A stretch of 64,000 nt of DNA, from NCBI RefSeq assembly GCF_009914755.1, contig NC_060929.1; one strand, 5' to 3'. Source of the DNA: the human T2T-CHM13v2.0 reference genome, Homo sapiens. Below are positions 13,531 to 29,644 of this stretch, one piece after another; within the stretch, counting starts at the first letter, position 1; the number at the start of each line of letters is the position of its first letter. The notes below the pieces were generated by a model. The model was given only the letters and a program-made list of their open reading frames with translations. It was not told where the DNA came from and searched no databases. Position numbers and translations under genes: made by a program.

Positions 13531-15209
13531 ATTCTACCTAACCAGATCAAGGAGAGAGTGTACGCTTTGGTTTGAATGTTTAAAACTATGTTTTATTTGG
13601 TCATGGATTTGGCAGATAGAATTTACATTTAATGTTTTCTTCACTTATGACATGTTGCAAGTTGAGTAGTTAATGGATATATATGAGAATAGCTTTTATT
13701 GACTCATGTGTTTATCCTGCCTTCAACCAAAATTCTTCTTTAGAGTGTTTTCTTGGATGTAAAAGAGTGACATTTGCATTCGTATGGGTCTGAAAGTTTT
13801 CCACAAAAGTTATATATTTTTTTATCTTGATGATAATGAAATAATATATATTGGCACATTGAACAGATTCTGCATCGTTTTTATGATGCCATTATAACAG
13901 TTTTGGCATTCAGTAGTAGTATGCATATTTGTGTCCATTTTTTCTTTCATTTGAACTAAATAGGTCTCTTTTCATTATCATGAGCTAAGGTTAACAGAAG
14001 AGAGTCAGACTAATATGGAGCTAATGCATTAGCACCAAATGAATATTAAAATATCATCAATGCATACTGTGAGAAAGGTTTTGCAGTAATTCAGTTACTG
14101 AAAACTGCTGGAGGAATTGATTTATCAAATGTTGATCAAAAAATCATGCCGAACTCCAAAGAGCCTGTGCCATTGTATGCAATACTCTAAATAAATTGCA
14201 AAACAGCGATTGTCATATTAAATTAATGCTAAAATTTTCGTCAGTTCAAATTTTATTGGTTTGCCATGCTGGCATTTAATTTGTAAATTAAATATGTGTA
14301 GATAAAACTATATTATTATTGTCAGATATAAGCTGACAGATTTTGTAATTAGTGATATGTTTGTAGATATTTAGGTAATGTATTAATAATAGCCATTTAA
14401 ATCAACAATCATGATCCTTGAGAATTTTTTCCCTTTAAACGTATTTCGTACATAAAATTTCATGAAGGGTAGATTAGGATATTCTAACTACTTTGCAGAC
14501 AGGTACCAGATCTAATTCGGAGCTGTAGAGAATAGATGTTTTCAATAAATTTGTGAATAATTAAGTTTTATCATCCACATATAGATAGTATTAAAGAGAC
14601 AGCTTATACACATAGATTATAATGATGAGCATTTACAGCTTTTTTGGATTAAATATTAAATATTGCCATAAAATTTGAAAGGCATTAACTGGAAATCTCA
14701 CCAAATTAGATAAATGCTAGGTGAGTTGCACAAGCTGGGGAACACACAAGTGTGAGTGTTGTAGTAAAGTTGAATGGATGCCCTTCTACTATTCCATGCT
14801 GCTTCTCTTCTGTAATGGCAGCTCTTTTATGGTTTGTATCAAATTTAGAGCTTCCACTTGGAAAGTGATAGTTACAGAACTATCATTTTCTCCTGGGCTT
14901 CAATGCTAAGTTGACAACATCCCCTCCTGTGGCGCTTGGCCAAGGGCCAGCTGAAATTAATCTGTAAAAGAGACAGTGCCTCTGACATAAAGGTCTCCTT
15001 ACTTCAACAGAGATAAGTGACCCATCTGAACATCCATGAGTTTACTGGTAGGTGGAAGAAGGAGGGAGAAGACTAGTTGTTCTAGACTGGTAATGCAAGG
15101 TATCCAGAAAGAGATCAGTTTTCATTTGCCTAAACAGGATTACAAGCTGTGTGTAGATGGTCTTATAAATTGCCTGTGATAAAGTCACTCATTTGGGACA
15201 ATTAACGAA

Positions 15210-15446
15210 TTTTTTTTTTTTGAGTTGGAGTTTCGCTCTGTCAGTTCAAGTGATTCTCCTGCCTCAGCCTCCTGAGTAGCTCGGATTACAGGCGAACACC
15301 ACCACACCCAGCTAATTTTTGTATTTTTGGTAGAGACGGGGTTTCAGCATGTTGGTCAGGCTGGTCTTGAACTCCTGGCCTCATGATCTGCCCACCTCGG
15401 CCTTCCAAAGTGCTGGGATTACAGGTGTGAGCCACCGCGCCCAGCC
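15210..15446 (-). mobile_element. AluS with ~60-bp deletion in the right arm
   Basis: T-tract then gagttggagtttcgctctgtc jumps directly to gttcaagtgattctcc; degenerate TSD caattaacgaattt / cagtgaacaaattt. Confidence 0.93.
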
Positions 15447-17810
15447 CAGTGAACAAATTTATTATTTTGAACTGTTGACCACAGATATATTTTAACTATT
15501 TAATTTTTAGATTAATATATTTGAAAATGTTACATGAAAACAAATTTATAGTGAGTATAGATGAAAATTCCAAGTGCTGTAGTTTTACTTCCTTTTTTAT
15601 TACAAAAGTAATGCATGCTTCTTATAAATAACAAAACAATGCAAACAAGTAAAAGGGATAAAGTAAATGTCTCTTTTCTCTGTATATTTCACAACGTATG
15701 TGTTAGTAGCTTAGACAAACAAAAAATAAGTGAGTTTTTTGTTTAAAAAAGGAATGAAACAGAAAGGATTGTCACTTCCTTAACAAATGCTGATATCATA
15801 TGATAATTTTAGAACACTTATATTCCAGGCTAAGACATCCATTATTTTCTTTTCATTTCTTTGAATTTATCTACGCAAATTAACTGGATTGGGAATTAAA
15901 ATGAGCCTGTTTGTTGGGCCATTTGTGCTTTAGTAAAAACAGATGTGTTTAAACACCTGGTTACTGCAATATTCAAAGTTTGTGAATCATTCTGAAGGCT
16001 TTTGTAATCTACTGCCCTGGATATTGTAGTGAAGATGGACATTAGGAAACTCTGTGGGCAGGAGGAATGTGGAACATGGCACTTGTGCCTGTTGGGAGAA
16101 AACAAAAATTGCTAGTCTGTTCTTTTCAGAGTGGCCAAACATCCCAAGAAAAGCCACAGAATAAACATGGCATAACTTCTTGAAGTATCAGCTTTGCTTA
16201 AAGTTGTGAGAGAAAAACATTGTAATGAAATAAATAAGGCTATGTTAAGAAACAAAATCAAATACTTAATTTATAAAATTTTTAAAGTTTTAATATAAAA
16301 CAAAAGAAATTACTCATAAACATTGACTTTATATATCAAGTCCCTGAGGGTATGTGTCTCATTTCCCCTTCTGTTAAGGGTACTACTTTTTGGGCAAAGT
16401 TGAGAAACTGCTATATGAGGACTTGGGGAAAGAAGAGAGAGGGGAAACTTTTGGATTTTTCCTTCGGACAGTATGGAAGGAGACAGACGGGTAGGTAAAA
16501 ATTGAGGATTTCTCACTTATTTTTTATTCCCCACAGTATTTAGGATAATACCTTGCAGATGGTAGGGTGGTAGGGCATATAAAAATGTTTGTGGGATTTT
16601 TGATTCTGTTTCTTTTCTTATGAAGGAAAAAAACATGCGTTATTGAACACTAGCTTCCAAGTTTTGCCAATAAGGTTTATAAAAAGTTTTTTAACTGGCT
16701 GATACATTCTTTTTTCTCTTTTTTTTATTCTGTAGATGTGAGCTCTGACTCAGAGAAAAAAGAGAGATTTTGAGTAAAGTGAACCTATAAAAATATTATT
16801 CCAACCACAAAACTTATTTTTAACAATCTTCCCACACTTAGCTGTGACTTGAATAGCAGCACAGAAGCACAACTGCACTAGGTGAAGTACAGTGAGGGTG
16901 CTGGGCAGAATTTTTCACCTTTCTGAATATTCTTACTTTGTTCACCAGTTATTTCTTTTGTCCTTAGGTATGTGGCTTGATGTTAAATAGTGCAGTTGAA
17001 GAATTTTCTTTTTTGGAAAAAAATAGGCATTTCTAGAAATTTTTATTTCTCATTTCCTAGATGTTTTCTAAAGAATACTTTTAAGGTCAGATTAGGGGAT
17101 CTTGGAAGTAAGCACATTTCCAAAAAGGATTTCTACATATAAGGAAATTATTAGCCAAAATTAGGCCAGGGCAAAATTTCAGATTATAGTATTAGAAAGT
17201 TTAAAAAGTATAGGTTTTAAACTTAACAATCCAAACACAATCATAAATTTAAGCGACTGTTTTGTTTGGATTGAAATTGTATAAGTATTCATAGATAATT
17301 TTGTTTTAATCTATAATTTCCATACACTAAAAAAACTATAGTTACTATGCTATACATTAGGTCTCCAAAATTTATTTATAACTGAAGGTTTATACCCTTT
17401 GACCAGCATCTCCCCCATTTGCCCTGACACTTGAACCCTGATAACCACGTTTCTGCCATTTCTATGAGTTTGACTCTTTTAGATTCCACATATAAGTGCC
17501 TTTCTGTGCCTGGCTTATTTCTCTTAGCATAATGTCCTCCAGGTTCATCCATGTTGTTGCAAATGGCAAGATATCCCCCTTTTTTAAGGCTAAATAACAT
17601 TTCATTGTATATACTTGACACATTTTATTCATTCATTTATCCACTAACAGACACCCAAGCCGTTTATATATCTTGCCTATTGTGAATAATACTACAATGA
17701 ACATGCAGATATCTCTAGACATAGTGATTTAATTTCCCTTGGATACATACCCAGATGTGGGATTGCTGGATCATATGGTAGTTGTATTTTTAATTTTATG
17801 AGGAACCTCC

Positions 17811-18500
<690 letters not shown>

Positions 18501-18992
18501 AGTCCATGCTGTTTTCTATATTGGCTGTACCAATTTACATTCTTTCTATCAGTATAAATGTTCCTTTTTCTTCATGTCTTTACCAACATGTATCTTTTGA
18601 CTTTTTGATAATAGCCATCTTAACAAGTGCGAGGTGAAATCTTGTGGTTTTGATTTGCATTTCCCTGAGGATTAGTGATGTTGAACACCTTTTAATATAC
18701 CTGTTGGCTATTTGTATGTCTTCTTTGGGAAAATATCTATGTTCTTTGCCCATTTCAAAAATCAGATTATTTGTTTTTGGGCTATTCAGCTATGTATGTT
18801 TCTCATATATTGTGATACTAGCCATTTATCATATAAATTGTTTGCAAATATTTTCTCCAATTCTATAGGTTGCCTTTTAATTTTCTTGATGGTGTCTTCT
18901 GCTGTGCTGCTAAACAAAATTGACAAAACTGAACTAGACTAAGAAAACAGAGAAGACTCAAATAAATAAAATTGGAAAAGATGGAAGATATT

Positions 18993-20070
18993 TTTATTTA
19001 TTTTTTTATTTCCATAGGTTTTTGGGGAACAGGTGGTGTTTAGTTACATGAATAATTTATTTAGTCGTGATTTCTGAGATTTTGGTCCACTCATCACCCA
19101 AGTAGTATATGTTATACCCACTTTACGGTCTTTATCCCTCACCCCTCCTTCCACCTATTTTCCTGGGTCCCAAAAATCCATTGTATTGTTCTTATGCCTT
19201 TGCATCCTCATAGCTTACCTCCCACTTACAAATGAGGACATATGATTTTAGTTTTCCATTCCTGAATTACTTCACTTAGAATAATGGTCTCCAATTCCAT
19301 CCAGGTCACTGTTACTGTGAATGCCATTGTATTGTTCTTTTTAAGGCAGAGTTATAAATATATGTTCACACACACCAAAATTTCTTTATCCACTCATTGA
19401 TTGATGGGCATTTTGGCTGGTTCCATATTTTTAATTGCGAATTGTGCTGCTATAAACATGTATGTCCAAGTATCTTTTCCATATAATGACTTCCTTTTCT
19501 CCTGGTGGATACCCAGTAGTGGGATTGCTGGATCAAATGGTAGTTCTACTTTTAGTTCTTTAAGGAATCTCCATATGGTTTTCCATAGGGGTGCACTAGT
19601 TTACATCCCCACCAGCAGTGTAAAAGTGTTCCCTTTGCACCACATTCATGCCAACATCTATTATTTTTTTATTATGGCCATTCTTGCAGTAGTGGGATTG
19701 TTGAATCAACTGGTAAATCTACTTGTGGTTCTTTAAGGGTTCTCTATGCTGTTTTCTATAGTGGTTGGGCTAGTTTACATTCCCACCCGGAGATTGCAAA
19801 GGTTTTCTCCCACTCTATGGGTTGTCTGTTAACTCTGCTGATTATTTCTTTTGCTGTGCAGAAGCTTTTTAATGATAAAAGGACTAGTCCAACAGGAAAC
19901 TATCACAGTCACATGTATATATGCAGCTAACACTGGTGCTCCCAAATTTATAAAACAATTAGTACTAGACTTAATAAATTAGATAGACAGCAGCAACAAA
20001 ATAATAGTGGGGGACTTCAATACTCCATTGACAGCACTAGACAGGTCATCGAGAGAGAAAGTCAACAAAG
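18993..20070 (-). mobile_element. L1PB1-like element with 5' inversion (plus-strand endonuclease-domain piece ~19870-20070)
   Basis: 3' end ataggtttttggggaacaggtggtgtt is typical of L1PB; aataatagtgggggacttcaatactcca encodes the IVGDFNTP endonuclease motif on +; 15-bp TSD aagatggaagatatt / aagttggaaggtatt. Confidence 0.85.
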
Positions 20071-20694
20071 AAGTTGGAAGGTATTACAGCTAATACTGCA
20101 AAAATACAAAAAATCATAAGAAACTATGAACAATTATACACCAATGACCTGGAAACCTAGAAATAATGAATAAATTTCTAAAGACATACAACTTACAATG
20201 ACCAAATCAATAATAAATAGAAAATCTGAAAAGACTAATAAGGAGTAAGGAGACAGAATTAATAATAAAAAAGTCTCCTAACCAAGAAAAGAAAAACAAA
20301 AGTTCAGTGACCTGGTGACTTCACTGGTGCATTCTACCAAACATTTAATGGAGAGCTAATATCAATCCTTGTCAAACTCTTCCCAAAAATTGAAGAAGAG
20401 GGAATACTTCCAAACTAATTTTGTGAGGCCATCATTATCCTGACACCAAAGCCAAGATGAGGACACTACAAGAAAAGAAAACTATAGGCCAATATCCCTG
20501 ATGAACATACATACAAAAATCCCCAACAAAACCAGAGTAAACCAAATTTAATAGCACTTTACAAACATCATTCACCATGATCAAGTAGAATTATCCCTGA
20601 GATAACAAGGGTGGTTCAACATACACAAATTAGTAAAGTTGATACACCATATTAACAGAGTGAAGGATGAAGGATAAAAATCATATGATGGATA

Positions 20695-21045
<351 letters not shown>

Positions 21046-22724
21046 TCATGACAAAAATTTTAAACATATTAGGTGTAAAGAAATGTACCTCACTACAGTA
21101 AAAACCACATATGATAAGCCTGCACCATCATACATAATAGTGAAAAACTTAGTTTTTCCTGTAAAACCAGGAACAAAGAAACAATCCCTACTCTCATCAC
21201 TTCTATTCACCATATCCCTGGAAGCCCTAGCCAGAGCAATTAGGTAAATAAAGAAAGAAAAGGCATCTAAATAGGAAAGGAACTAGTAAAATTGTGTCTG
21301 TTTGCAGATGATATGCTCTTATATATTACAGTTTCTAAAGACTCCACCAAAATACTGTTAGAGCTAATAAATATATTCAGTAAAGTTTCAGGACACAAAA
21401 TGAATATACAAAAATCAGTTGTTTTCCTGTACACTAACAGTGAAATATCTGAAAAAGAAATTAAGAAAATAATTCCATTTATGATAGTATGAGAAAAATA
21501 GCAATAAATTTAACAAGGTGGTGAAAGAGCTGTACACTGAAAACTGTAAAATATTGATGAAAGAAATTAAGACACAAAGAAATGGAAAGGCATCCTGTGT
21601 TTGTAGAATAAATAACACAGTCAATATGTCTATACTACCCAAAGCGATCTGCAGATTCAGTGAAATCCTTATCAAAATTCCAATAGCATTTTTCACATAA
21701 ATAGAAAAAGTAATCCTAAAATTCACATGGAAATACAAAAAATCCTGAATAGCTAAAACACAAGAACAAAGCTGGTGGCACAACATTTCCTGATTTCAAA
21801 TTATATTACACAGCTATAGTACTCAAAACAGTGTAGTACTGGCATAAAAGCATACACAAAGACCAATAGGGCAGAATAGAAAGCCAAGAAATGAACCCAA
21901 GCATTTATGGTCAACTAGTCTTTGACAAAGACACAAAAAATACACGATGGGGAAAGCAGAGCCTCTTTAATAAATAGTGTTAGGAAAACTGCTTATTCAC
22001 AGGCAAAATAAAAGTGAAATTGAATCCTTATCTTACATCACTCCCCAAAGTCAACTCAAAATGAATTATAGTTTTAAACTTAAATCCTAAGCCATAAAAC
22101 TCCTAAAAGAAAACAGAGAAGAAAAGCCCCATGACGTTGGTCTTGGTGATTATTTTTTACATATGAAACTAAATCTCAGGCAACAAAAGCAAAAAATAAA
22201 CACATGAGGCTACATCAAGTGAAACTGATTTTGTACTTTTAATTTTAAAAGGCACATTTACACAAAATATGACATTTTCTATTTGAAATTAAATATGAGT
22301 TAAATACCAAAGCATCTTCTCTGTAAATTGCTTTTTTTAAATTAATAATGTATATCAATATGAGTAATAACATTTAAGCAACACATGTCATCTTTCTCCC
22401 TGGTGATTCTGCCTGTAAAATCACATGGCTGTGGTGGGAAGCTTGGGAAGACAGAGCCCCACCTGATAGGGATCTCCACCCATTGTCTCTCCATGTGGAC
22501 CCTGAAGAGATTCTGAGAATTCATGTACATAGAAGCGGTCTAAACCATTGGCCATCTATGTAGATACTTGGCTTTGTAATTTACATTTTCTTAAAATATG
22601 ATATCCAGATATGAATTGAAAGGCAGACTTCTCCAGGTATGTAATATTTTTTTAAATTATCTGTTTTGGCAAACAATGTAATTACCATTTGTTCTTAACT
22701 GTTTTTCAGCTTTACATTACTAGC

Positions 22725-23140
22725 ACAGACATTTATTGAGCATCTGCTAAATCCTGGTTATACTAGAAGGAATGACACAATCAGCCTGGATAGGAAGAGG
22801 GAGCATCTATGTAGAAAAATCATTATCACATAATTAGCTTTTAACTTACTACCACATTGGTATAGGCGATAAGAACCCATAAATATTCAAGGCAGGAGGT
22901 AAAGGAAAAAGAGCTGAACCAGGTTGAGAGGTTTTAAGGCAGTCAAGAGACTGATGTTGGAGGAAGAGTGGAGCCTCTAATACTCGTTTCAAGTAAAAGT
23001 GGAAAGAATGCCTGTAGCTCTTAGAGCAATAAGCAGAGCCCTTGTCCTGCTGGGTTGGAGGGTTTGGATAAGAGTGGTAAGCAGTATCAAGTTGGAAGAG
23101 CAATTGAAACCAGATGTAACAAACACTGATTTCTTTTGAA
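22725..23140 (-). mobile_element. L2 fragment
   Basis: acagacatttattgagcatct resembles the reverse L2 3' end. Confidence 0.5.
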
Positions 23141-23796
23141 GACCCCTGGAAAGTGTTTAACATCTATTAAAATCTGAAGGTCAAATATGCTTTTTATTAA
23201 TATAATTGAAATAAGTATTAATATATTTACATAAGCAGTGCCATTAAAACAGAATTGTATTCATTTTGCTTTCAGAAATGAGCGTATAACTTAAGATGCT
23301 AATTTGCCTAATAATCTATGTTTTCACCTTATGTTTTAAAATCTTTCTTTGAACACATTTGAGGAGTCATATTTTCTACCAAATGCCTTTAATGAAAATG
23401 TCCATTTGATTCTTTAAATTCTGCAATTTCTTCTTTATAGAATTTGCCTAGCCTGTTTCCAGAGAGTGCGTTTTATTTCTACTTTAGTTCAAATTATTAG
23501 ATGTCTTTTGCATCCACTAGGAAAGCACTTTGGCATGCTGTGGTAGTTGCCTAGGAAACACTAATAAAGATAGGATGAGTGCTGAGACAGGAAGAGAGGA
23601 AAAGTAACTTTTAATGTCTACTATATGCCAGGCAGTGGGATGGATATTTGGATTATATTGTTTTCTTTAATCATCAAACACTGTAAGGTGAATATTATTG
23701 TCCCCATTTTTAAAATTGTATGGCAAACTTTTATTTGAGACTTCAGTACACGAACAAATAAGAATGACTGAAAATTGTGTAGTATCCTATATCTTC

Positions 23797-25978
<2,182 letters not shown>

Positions 25979-26239
25979 CATTTTTTTTAAATGACTCTTT
26001 TGGAGCTATAATTTTTACATAATGACTTTTATTTACACAGATTTTGACCAAATTATATGAAAATTAAGTATCCCCCTCTTTTCCTTGGAGACATCTTCTG
26101 GTGCCTTCTACCGTCTTGCCCAAGTTTGGGTCTGTTGTTCCAGAGCCAGCTGCAGAACTCTCACCAAGTGATCTGCATTTATTCTTTCCTGGTTATCATT
26201 GATTTTTACTTGGTTTTTGTTTTTGTTTTTAATATTTTT

Positions 26240-26358
26240 TCCCGTCTCCTTTCCTTTTTCCTTTTCTCCCTCCTTTCTTCTTCCCTTCCTTCCTCCTTTC
26301 TTTCCTTCCTTACATATATCTTAAGATATATGTATTTATTATTATATATATACATATA
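26240..26358. repeat. CT-rich and TA-rich low complexity
   Basis: ttcc/ctt runs followed by tata runs. Confidence 0.75.
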
Positions 26359-26365
26359 ATCTTCA

Positions 26366-28287
26366 AAGTTTATTTAACTTTTAAGTTCAGGGGTACATGT
26401 GTAGGTTTGTTACATAAGTAAACTCATGTCATGAGGGTTTGTTGTGCAGATTATTTCATCACCCAGGTATTAGTTATTTTTCCTGTTCCTCTCCCTCCTC
26501 CCACTCTTCACTCTCCAGGAGGCTCGAGTGTGTGTTGTTCCCCTCTATGTGTCCATGAGCTTTCATCATTTAGCTTCCACTTATAGATAAGAATATGTGG
26601 TATTTGCTTTTCTGTTCTTGCATTAGTTTGCTAAGGATGATGGCTTCCAGCTCCATCCATGTTCCTGCAAAGGACATGATCTTGTTCTTTTGTTATGGCT
26701 GCATAGTATTCCATGGTGTACAAGTACCACATTCTCTTTATCCAGTCTATCATTGATGAACATTTAGGTTGATTCCATATCTTTGCTATCATAAGCAGTG
26801 AACCTACACATGTATGTGTCTTTACCATAGAACAATTTATATTCCTTTGGGTATATGATCAGTAATGGGATTGCTGGGTTGAAGGTTCTCTAAAAAGTTC
26901 TCTTTTTAGCTCTTTGAGGAATCGCCACACATCTTTCCACAATGGTTGAACTAATTTACACTCCCACCAACAGTGTATAAGCATTTTTTTTCTCCAAAAC
27001 CTTGCGGCGTGTTATTTTTTGACATTTTAATAATAACCATTCTGACTGGTAGTATTTAATAATAGCCATTTTGATGGTATCTCATTGTGGGTTTGATTTT
27101 CATTTCTCTAACAATCCGTGATGTTGAGCTTTTTTTCATATGCTTGTTGGTCGTATGTAGGTCTTTTTTTGGAATGTGTCTGTTGATGTCCTTTGTCCAC
27201 TTTTTAATGGAGCTGTTGGTTTTTCTCTTATAAATTTGTTTAGGTTCCTTATAGATGCTGAATATTAGTCTTTTGTCAAATGCGGTTTGCAAAATTTATA
27301 TCTCATCCTGTGGGTTGTGTATTTACTCAGTTGATAGTTTCTTTTGCTGTGCAGAAGCTCTTGTGTTTAATAATATCCCATTTGTCAATTTTTGCTTTTG
27401 TTGCAATTGCTTTTGGCATATTCATCGTGAAATCTTGAATTGATTTTTGTGTATGGTATAAAGAAGGGGTCCAGTTTTAGTCTTCTGCATATGGCTAGCC
27501 AGTTATCCCAGCACCATTTATTGAATAGGGAGTATGTCCTCGTTGCTTGGTTTTTTTTTCATTTTGTGAAAGCTCAGATGGTTGTAGGTTTGCAGCATTA
27601 TTTCTGGGCTCTCTATTCTGTTTCATTGGTCTATGTGTTTGTTTTTGTACCAGTACCATGCTGTTTTCGTTACTGTAGCTCTTTAGTATAGCTTGAAGAC
27701 AGGTAGTGTGATGCCTCCAGTTTTGTTTTTGTTGCTTAGGATTTCTTTGGCTATTCGGGCTATTTTTGGTTTCATATTAATTGTAAAATTGGTTTTTTTC
27801 TAGTTATGTGAGGAATGTCATTGGTAGTTTAATAGGAATAGCATTGAACCTATAAATTGTTTTGTGCAGTATGACTATTTTAACAATATTGATTCATCCT
27901 ATCAATGAGCATGGAATGTTTTTCCATTTGTTCGTGCCATCTCTGATTTCTTTGAACAGTGTTTTGCAACTCTCATTGTAGTTACCTTTCACCTCCGTCG
28001 TTATCTATGTTTCTATGTATTTTATTCTTTTTATAGCAATTGTGAATGGGATTGTGTTCCTGATTTGGCTCTCAGCTTGATTTTTTTTGGTGAATAGGAT
28101 TGCTAGTGATTTTTGTATGTTGATTTTGTATTCTGAGACTTTGCTGAAATTGTTTTTCAGCTTAAGGACCTTTTGAGCCGAGACTATGGGGTTTTCTAGA
28201 TATGGAATTATGTTGTCTGCAAACAGGGATAGTTTGACTTCTCTCCTCCTATTTGAATGCTTTTTATTCCTTTCTTTTGCCTGATTG
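26366..28287 (-). mobile_element. 5'-truncated older L1PA (PA13-15-like)
   Basis: aagttcaggggtacatgtgtaggtttgttacata 3' end; ORF2 remnant [22 protein letters not shown] (28005-28346); short TSD atcttca. Confidence 0.9.
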
Positions 28288-28384
28288 ATCTTCATATATT
28301 TGACATATAAATGTATGTGGGAGATAAACTGAATGAATGCCTGCAAGTATGAAAGTATCTGTAGTTTTTCCTCACATGTAATTA

Positions 28385-29100
28385 ATATTTTGCTTTAGCA
28401 TAGAATTTTAGGTTCAAAATATTTTTTTCCTCATACTTTGAAGATATGGATCAACTGTGTTCTATTTTTCACTGTGATATTGAAATATTTGATGACAATC
28501 TCATCATTTGGAAATCATTACTTCCTTGCCTCTCATGCCTTCAGGAGCTATTAGGTTCTTCCTTTATCCCCAGTGCTGTAAAATTTCATGATTTATGTCT
28601 AGGCGTTGTAGGTTCATATTAATTTCAATATAAACACTTGTGTCCTTCAAATCTGGGTTTCTTTTTTTTCTATTGTTTCCTTGATTTTTTCTTCCTCTCC
28701 AACTTCATTCTTATTCTTTCTTTTCCAAAATAAATCCCAATTGGCCATATCTGTAACTTACTATGTTGATCCTCTGTCTGTTTTATCTTTACTTTCATGT
28801 TTTTCTTCTTCTGAGGTTTATATCCTGGCTGATTCCGCTTTATGTTCTAAACTTTCTATTAATTTTTAAAATGTGAATTTTTAAAACTTCTAAATATTTG
28901 TAATGTTCTCTGATTGCTTCTTTTCAGAGCATCCAGTTATTTTTATGAATGTGATACTCTTCTTGAATATTAGAGTGTTATTAGTTTGTGTGTTTGACTT
29001 TTCTTTGCTATCTTGAATTATCAATTTGTCCTCTTCTTTCCTTGGGAATCTGTTGATTCTTGGTTTTCATCTCATATTTGAGTGAAAGGCTTGGTTGATT
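28385..29100 (-). mobile_element. Ancient L1M/HAL1-like ORF1-region fragment
   Basis: agaattttaggtt...actttgaagatat...gatgacaatct resembles the reverse of an old L1 ORF1 3' part; very T-rich. Confidence 0.5.
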
Positions 29101-29359
29101 ATTCTAATTATGCAGTGTGGATTTCTTCTACTGGTATATAACTAGACCTGATTCCAGCTGGGCCTTTCTTGGGAGTAGGGCATCTGACAGGGAACTATGT
29201 GTAGGAAGGATATGAGCGTATTTAAAATTATTCCTTGCATTGGGTGCGCAGGGAAGCTGCTGTCCAATGATTGACCCCCAAGCCTGCATTAGAAAGCCCT
29301 CCAGGTCACTTTAACATTTTTGTAACTTTTGTACAAAAGATTTTGTAACTTTTGTACAG

Positions 29360-29644
29360 AGCAAGATGGGGTTTTGCTCTGTTACCCAGCCTGGAGTGCA
29401 GCAGTGTGATCACAGATCACTGAAGTCTCAAACTCCTGAGTTCAAGCAATCTTCCTACCTCATCCTCCTGAGTAGCTGAGACTACAGGCACATGCCACCA
29501 TGTCTGGCTATTTATTTATTTACTTATTTTTTCCAGGTGGGGTCTCACTTGCCCAGGCTTGTCTGAAACTCCTGGCCTCAAGTGATCCTCTTGTTTCAGC
29601 TACCCAAAGTGCTGGGATTATAGGAATTAGCCAGTGTGCCTGGC
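29360..29644 (-). mobile_element. AluJ
   Basis: Diverged reverse dimer with aactcctgagttcaagcaatcttcc and actcctggcctcaagtgatcctc. Confidence 0.9.

Noticed and set aside
14918-14940. CTCF-like cccctcctgtggcgc
   Set aside because: Lacks the core AG of CCASYAGRKGGC; too weak to call.
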